Shown in pieces: positions 27,106-32,006 of a stretch of 32,006 nucleotides of DNA (position 1 is the stretch's first letter; the number at the start of each line of letters is the position of its first letter). Origin of the DNA: an uncultured delta proteobacterium (GTDB taxonomy: Bacteria; Desulfobacterota; Syntrophia; Syntrophales; UBA5619); contig CAWFOM010000017.1 in NCBI GenBank assembly GCA_963817385.1, positions 1 through 32,006 of the forward strand, read 5' to 3'. The notes beneath the pieces were generated by a model. That model ran no database searches. It saw only the letters and a list, made by a program, of their open reading frames with translations, and was not told the origin of the DNA. Made by a program: the position numbers and the translations under genes.

Positions 27106-28758
27106 TCACAACCATATGGCGCCGGTATCGGCGCTGCCGACCATCTTCCGATACGCCCTTAGAAATCCCGGCGCCGGATGGTTGGGCCTCTCGGCCCCGC
27201 CTTTCCGACGGCGCTGCATCTCCTCGTCCGAAATGAGGAGCTGCAGGCGGCCTTCCGTGCAATCGATATCGATCAGATCGCCGTCATGGACGTAGGCGAT
27301 CGGGCCATCCTCCCATGCTTCCGGGCAGACATGGCCGACACAGGGTCCGCGAGTGGCGCCGGAAAAACGTCCGTCGGTTACCATCGCCACCGAGGTGTGG
27401 AGTCCCATTCCCACGAGCATCCCCGCAGGAATGGAGAGCTCCCGCATGCCGGGGCCGCCCTTCGGTCCTTCATAGCGAACCACGAGTACCGATCCGGGTT
27501 TCACGGGACGATGGAGGATAAACTCGCGGACATCCTCCTCGCTGTCGAAGACGACCGCCGGGCCGCGGTGGCGGAGCATCTCCGGCTCGACGCCGGTCTT
27601 TTTCACCACCGCTCCGTCGGGGGCGAGATTGCCTCTCAGAATGGCAAAACATCCGCCCTCTTCCAGAGGATTGCCGGCGGTTCGGATGACCTGCCCATCG
27701 GGCGCCGGCCGACCTGACAGATATTCCTCAAGCCGTCCCCCCATGGGAAGTTCGATGTCAAGATCAAGGTACTCTTTGATCGCCCCCATCAAGGCCAAAA
27801 CACCGCCCGCCTCGTGGAAGTCGGTGAGGTTGTACCCGGAGGAGGGTTTGTACTTGCCCACCACCGGTACGGAGGCCTGGATCCTTCCGAACGCCTCCAG
27901 GGTCATCCCCATCTCCATGAGCGAAGCGCACGCCATCAGGTGCAGCACGGCGTTTGTGGATCCACCCGACGCGGAGACGTACCGGATGCCGTTTTCCAGG
28001 TTCCGCGGCGTCAGATAATCCCGAAACGGCCGCTTCTGCCGGACCAGTTCCACCGCCCGCTCGCCCACATCGCGGGCCTGGCGGACCTTGGCGGCGTCGA
28101 ACGCCAGCATCGTCGCCGAGCCGAAGGGCGCGAGCCCCGTCGCCTCCAGGAAACACCCCATGGTGTTGGCCGTCCCCATCATCGAGCAGGTCCCGGATGT
28201 GCCGCAAAACCGCTCCTGCCAGGAGAGAAAGGTCTCCTGCTCGATCTTCCCGTTGATGCGCTGGCCGATCGCCTCCTTCAGATCGGGGGTCGTCACGACC
28301 TTTCCGTCGATCCGGCAGGGCATCATCGCCCCGGCCGTCAGGAAAAGCGTCGGAAGGTTCATCCGGATGGCGGCCATGAGCATTCCCGGCAGGATCTTGT
28401 CGCACGAGCCGAGCATCACCACCCCCTCGAATCCGTGCGCGCCGATCATCGCCTCGATGGACCCGGCGATCAGGTCGCGCTGGGGCAGGATGTAGTGCAT
28501 GCCGAGGCCCTGGGCCATGCCGTCGCAGGGGGCCGGCACGCCGAATTCGGACGGGCAGCCGCCGGCGGCCCAGATCCCCTCTTTGACCCGTTGGGCCAGC
28601 TCGCGGAGGGGCTGATGGCCGGGGTTTACATCCGTCCATGAATTCACGACCACGATCTGCGGCTTGTCCAGATCTTTCCTCCGGTATCCCACGGAATGCA
28701 TCAGGCCGCGGAAATAGGCCTCGGTGATATCTTCAGGAAACCCCCGATGAGGATTCAT
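27106..28758 (-). CDS. IlvD/Edd family dihydroxy-acid dehydratase
   Basis: [77 protein letters not shown]. Confidence 0.94.
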   Translation of the reverse strand: MNPHRGFPEDITEAYFRGLMHSVGYRRKDLDKPQIVVVNSWTDVNPGHQPLRELAQRVKEGIWAAGGCPSEFGVPAPCDGMAQGLGMHYILPQRDLIAGSIEAMIGAHGFEGVVMLGSCDKILPGMLMAAIRMNLPTLFLTAGAMMPCRIDGKVVTTPDLKEAIGQRINGKIEQETFLSWQERFCGTSGTCSMMGTANTMGCFLEATGLAPFGSATMLAFDAAKVRQARDVGERAVELVRQKRPFRDYLTPRNLENGIRYVSASGGSTNAVLHLMACASLMEMGMTLEAFGRIQASVPVVGKYKPSSGYNLTDFHEAGGVLALMGAIKEYLDLDIELPMGGRLEEYLSGRPAPDGQVIRTAGNPLEEGGCFAILRGNLAPDGAVVKKTGVEPEMLRHRGPAVVFDSEEDVREFILHRPVKPGSVLVVRYEGPKGGPGMRELSIPAGMLVGMGLHTSVAMVTDGRFSGATRGPCVGHVCPEAWEDGPIAYVHDGDLIDIDCTEGRLQLLISDEEMQRRRKGGAERPNHPAPGFLRAYRKMVGSADTGAIWL

Positions 28759-29660
28759 TTCGCCTCCTTCTTCGTCCGGAATTCCGTTTTAAGCATCTTC
28801 TCGAAGACCCGGATCAATCCGCCCTTGCTGAGATCGCCATACCCTTCCGCCATGGCCATCTGGAAGGTCACCGCCGTGGCGTTCACCACGGGGAGCGGAA
28901 TGCCCTTATGCGCGGAGATCTCTGCGGCGCTGATCATGTCCTTATAGGCGGCCTTCACCGGATACCCTTCATCAAACTTGTTTTTCAGCGTGAGGGGGAT
29001 GAAGAAATCCGCGGCGAAACTGCGCCCGGTCCCGGTGGTGACGACCTGGGCCACCTGTTCCGGATCGAGTCCGAGCTTGACGGCCATGGGAAGCACCTCG
29101 GCCAACCCCGCGCAACTGATGTTGAACAGGAGCTGGTTGATCAGTTTGGTCAACTGCCCGCTGCCGACAGCCCCCATGTAGACGATCTGGTTGCCGATGG
29201 CGTCGAACGCGGGCCGCAGAGTCTGGAAAAGCCCTTCATCGCCGCCGAACATCACCGTGAGCTTGGCCTCCTTTGCACGCGCCTCCATCCCGGAAACCGG
29301 CGCATCCGCAAAGATGATCCCCTTGTCCTTCAGCCTGCGGCTGATTTCCAGGGTCGGCATGTAGCTGATGGTGCTGAGGTCGATCAGGACGAGGCCGGGT
29401 CGGGCCCCCTGCACGATGCCGTTTTCTCCGAAAATCGCCTTCTCCACCACCTCCGTGTCCGGGAGGCTCATGAAGAGCCAGTCGACCGCGGCGGCCGCAT
29501 CCGCCGGCGATTTCGCCGCCGCGGCGCCCTGTCCGACAAGAAACTCGACCGCCTTCGGATTGATGTCATACACCCGCATTGCAAAGCCGGCCTTCAGCAT
29601 ATTCAACGCCATCCATTTTCCCATGGTCCCGAGGCCGATAAAACCGATCTTCACTGTCAT
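28755..29660 (-). CDS. NAD-dependent beta-hydroxyacid dehydrogenase (3-hydroxyisobutyrate / tartronate-semialdehyde / 2-hydroxymethylglutarate dehydrogenase family)
   Basis: [32 protein letters not shown] (catalytic Lys); ATGA overlap with the dehydratase gene. Confidence 0.93.
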   Translation of the reverse strand: MTVKIGFIGLGTMGKWMALNMLKAGFAMRVYDINPKAVEFLVGQGAAAAKSPADAAAAVDWLFMSLPDTEVVEKAIFGENGIVQGARPGLVLIDLSTISYMPTLEISRRLKDKGIIFADAPVSGMEARAKEAKLTVMFGGDEGLFQTLRPAFDAIGNQIVYMGAVGSGQLTKLINQLLFNISCAGLAEVLPMAVKLGLDPEQVAQVVTTGTGRSFAADFFIPLTLKNKFDEGYPVKAAYKDMISAAEISAHKGIPLPVVNATAVTFQMAMAEGYGDLSKGGLIRVFEKMLKTEFRTKKEAK

Positions 29661-29758
29661 CTCTCTTTCCTCCAAAATTCTCGTCTATCCGTTTCAAATA
29701 TGATTTTTGCTCTGAATCACCCGCAGAATTAATAAATCAGCATCTTTGCGCAACTTGT

Positions 29759-29928
29759 AAATCGAGATCCCGGAAGCGCACATTGGAGATTTTTCGGGGT
29801 ACCCTGCCCCCGCAGCTGAAGCGCCCGCAAAGACGATTGTTTGAGCGCGAAGCGCGAGTTTCGTCTTTGCAGCGAAGCGAGGAGGCGCAGGGTCGAAAAA
29901 TGTCCAGCGCGCGGAAGGATCACGATTT
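29759..29928. repeat. About 170-bp nested imperfect inverted repeat (MITE/REPIN-like element or structured RNA)
   Basis: Nested arm pairs: AAATCGAGATCC/GGATCACGATTT, TGGAGATTTTTCG/CGAAAAATGTCCA, ACCCTGC/GCAGGGT, GCAAAGACGA/TCGTCTTTGC. Apical GCGCGAAGCGC. Confidence 0.75.
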
Positions 29929-29947
29929 CCAAAGCGATCGAATCCTC

Positions 29948-30847
29948 CTATGCCGGATCCTCTAGATGCCCCAGGATCTTCGCCGGATTGTCGGCAACCA
30001 TCGTCCGGACATCCTTGGCCGGAATGCCGCTCATCAGGGCCTCCTTGATGTAGATCCCCATCTGCTGGGCGGCCGGGGGGTTGAGCCACTGGCCGGCGTC
30101 CGTCGACATGATGGAGTGTGAGGCGCCGACGGCCTTGATGATATCGAACAGGGCCGAGATCTTGAGCGGATGGGATACCTGGCGGGTCACGTCGTTCCAG
30201 GTGTGTTCGAGGAAGGTGGCGCCCAGATCCAGGATCTCCTTCATGTCATCGACACTGTAATGAACAAAGGTCGCGGCGGGATGGGTGACGATGATCTTCT
30301 TCACCCCCCGCTTGGCCGCCTCGCGGACGGCCAGCTTCGCCTCCTCCTTGGTGACATGGCCGGTTGCGAAGATCGCGTCGGCTTCCCTGATGATGTCGAA
30401 GATCTCGAAGAGTTCATCCTTGAGCGTACCGTCCTCCTTGACCAGGACAAGACCCTGGACATCGGCGCCGATTTCCGTGGCGAGGTTCGCCACGTGATCC
30501 TTGTTTTTGACGAAATAGTCGGCATGCACGGTGGGCATCCAGACCTCTTTGGCCCCCATCTTCAGCGCCATCTTGACCGCATGCTTGTTGAGCCCGCCGT
30601 TGGTGAGATTGAGCGCGATGCCGCCGAAGACGGGAAAGTCCGCTACATCGGTCGCGAGCCGTGCGCGTCCGGCCGTCTCGAAATAGTGATTTTTCACCAG
30701 AATCGCCCGCATGCCGTTTTCCTTCGCGGACAGAGCGAGCTCTACATCATTGAGCAGCCGCGGATAAACATCGGGGGCCGAGTGGATGTGAATGTCGATG
30801 GATCCTTCCAACAGCGCCGTTACATTCTTGTCAAATCTGAACTTCAT
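29948..30847 (-). CDS. Metal-dependent amidohydrolase-superfamily protein (DUF6282-like)
   Basis: IDIHIHSAPD (HxH), VKNH, ATGH, VTHP and STDAGQ ligand motifs. Has its own RBS AAGGAG before ATG 30847, although it is in frame with the upstream GntR. Confidence 0.85.
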   Translation of the reverse strand: MKFRFDKNVTALLEGSIDIHIHSAPDVYPRLLNDVELALSAKENGMRAILVKNHYFETAGRARLATDVADFPVFGGIALNLTNGGLNKHAVKMALKMGAKEVWMPTVHADYFVKNKDHVANLATEIGADVQGLVLVKEDGTLKDELFEIFDIIREADAIFATGHVTKEEAKLAVREAAKRGVKKIIVTHPAATFVHYSVDDMKEILDLGATFLEHTWNDVTRQVSHPLKISALFDIIKAVGASHSIMSTDAGQWLNPPAAQQMGIYIKEALMSGIPAKDVRTMVADNPAKILGHLEDPA

Positions 30848-31637
30848 TCCCGTTCTCCTTATTGGTCTTTTTGATTTACTTACAGATGCTTTTTGCAGCC
30901 CTGGTTTCATCGTCTGAGAGTCGGCTGTGCGGGCAAGCGATCCATCCGTCCCTTTTTTTCGCTTTTCCAAAGCCGCCAGGACGCGGTCGATGGTGTTGGA
31001 GGCGTGCTGCCGGGCACAGGTGAAGGCCCCCACGGCATCCCGGGACCTGATCTTCTTCAGAATCAACCGGTGCTCGTTTACGCTGGTCTGCCAGCCGGGC
31101 CGCTCCGACAATCCGATCGCGTAATACCGCTGGTGGGAGTTGAACAGACCCTGGTAGTATTTAATCAGCTTTTCATTTCCGATGCCGCTGACGATCTTCA
31201 TATGGAAGCTGTAATTGTCCTGAATGATCTCCCGCGACTGGGCCTCCCGGATGTGCGCTTCCATCTGCTTGAGCAGCGTCTCCAGCTCGGCGATCATGTC
31301 CGGGCCGAACGTCTGCGCGCCCATCCAGGCGGCGTACCCTTCGACCATTCCCTTGAGCTCGAGCGTATCCTTGGCCTCCTGGGGGGTGATGGTGGAAACG
31401 ATAACCCCCCGGTACGGAATCAGCTCGACGAACCCGTCCGTGACCAGCATCCTGCAGCGCTTCGCGGATCGGTTGACGGCTGACGCCGAAGAGCTTCGCG
31501 AGATCCGCCTCCAGGAGCCGCTCTCCCTCCGCCAGCTTTCCGGTGACGATCGCACTCAACAGTTGTTCATACACGATCAGAACGACAGGTTTCTGCTTCG
31601 GGATCTCGATACTCGGAATCAGTTTTTCCAATTCCAT
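30848..31637 (-). CDS. GntR family regulator (FCD domain), one apparent +1 frameshift (~31454); 3' end uncertain because no in-frame stop precedes the amidohydrolase
   Basis: GERLLEADLAKLFGVSRQPIREAL in one frame continues as RMLVTDGFVELIPYRG…NYSFHMKI…NEHRLIL in the next; start ATG 31637. Confidence 0.85.
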
Positions 31638-31824
31638 GGTCAGTGCCCTCCGGCGACGCCCTTTCCTCGCCTCCATCAGATCACGATCGTCTCACTATCG
31701 TCCCGGCCTTCCCGGCAGGAGAACATCTCCCGGATATTATCTCGGATCCGGTTTCGGCAGCTATCCGCCGCAGCAGACCAGCCGCAGGAACGTCCGGCCC
31801 TCATCAATCTCCCCCTGACAATTA

Positions 31825-31840
31825 TACATTATACAATGTA
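31825..31840. promoter_or_regulatory. Candidate GntR operator upstream of the second gntR
   Basis: TACATT-ATAC-AATGTA palindrome overlapping two minus-strand TATAAT hexamers (31821-31826, 31828-31833). Confidence 0.6.
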
Positions 31841-32006
31841 CGCCAAGGGATTTCCTTCTTAGTGTAAGAATGCCCGGTTGTCAAGCAGGAAGACTGCTCC
31901 GCGTCCTCACGCGGAGGGGGGTGACGATCAGGCAAGATAAAAGAGAGCCATCTGGTTCTTTCGTACTTTTTGGTTTGAAAAGGGATTATGCGGACAGTAT
32001 GTGACA

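Noticed and set aside
27106..28758. Assigning ilvD, or treating PGH in place of PCN as novel
   Set aside because: Context is catabolic with no other ilv genes, and the PGH variant is already known from E. coli-type IlvD.
21380..29732. Long plus-strand ORFs such as 21380-22324, 23473-24204, 25061-26545, 27814-28641 and 28908-29732, and the equivalent minus-strand ORFs over the left arm
   Set aside because: Antisense shadows of well-supported genes, expected in high-GC DNA; no family motifs.
29694..30089. Short ORFs over the 29.7-30.0 kb spacer
   Set aside because: They are by-products of the palindromic element and overlap the amidohydrolase 3' end; no protein-like features.
31861..31884. 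Minus-strand TTGACA…TACACT promoter
   Set aside because: The spacer is only 12 nt, too short for sigma70.

Overview
About 32 kb from a GC-rich anaerobe, probably Desulfobacterota/Syntrophales-like (an inference from gene content). Nearly the whole window is one catabolic region made of two convergent, GntR-headed gene runs that meet at about 21.1 kb. Plus-strand arm (980-21043): GntR; Fe-S subunit; tungsten aldehyde:ferredoxin oxidoreductase (AOR/WOR family); CooF-like Fe-S protein; shrunken CooS (CO dehydrogenase) homologue; FAD/NAD oxidoreductase; Zn-ADH; OYE/Fe-S flavoenzyme; M29-like metalloenzyme; Gfo/Idh/MocA oxidoreductase; TctCBA transporter; an uncharacterised Fe-S protein pair; PPC protein; LeuCD/DmdAB-like hydro-lyase; two DHDPS-family paralogues. 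Minus-strand arm (31637-21161): GntR; amidohydrolase; beta-hydroxyacid dehydrogenase; IlvD-family dehydratase; cupin; TAXI-TRAP transporter; SDR; GNAT; TSUP. The standout is the 322-aa CooS derivative (4613-5581). It keeps all six D- and B-cluster cysteines at exact CODH spacing but has lost the Ni-Fe-S C-cluster ligands, the His channel and about half the chain. It sits in a chain of overlapping genes running from the tungsten enzyme through CooF to an NAD module, so it looks like a catalytically dead CODH reused as an Fe-S wire or dimerisation scaffold. Other points: a DHDPS pair in which one copy lacks the Schiff-base Lys, an ADH lacking its first catalytic-Zn Cys, twin transporter promoters, and two structured intergenic palindromic elements. 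Seven apparent +1 frameshifts most likely reflect long-read insertion errors. No rRNA, tRNA, CRISPR array or transposase was seen.
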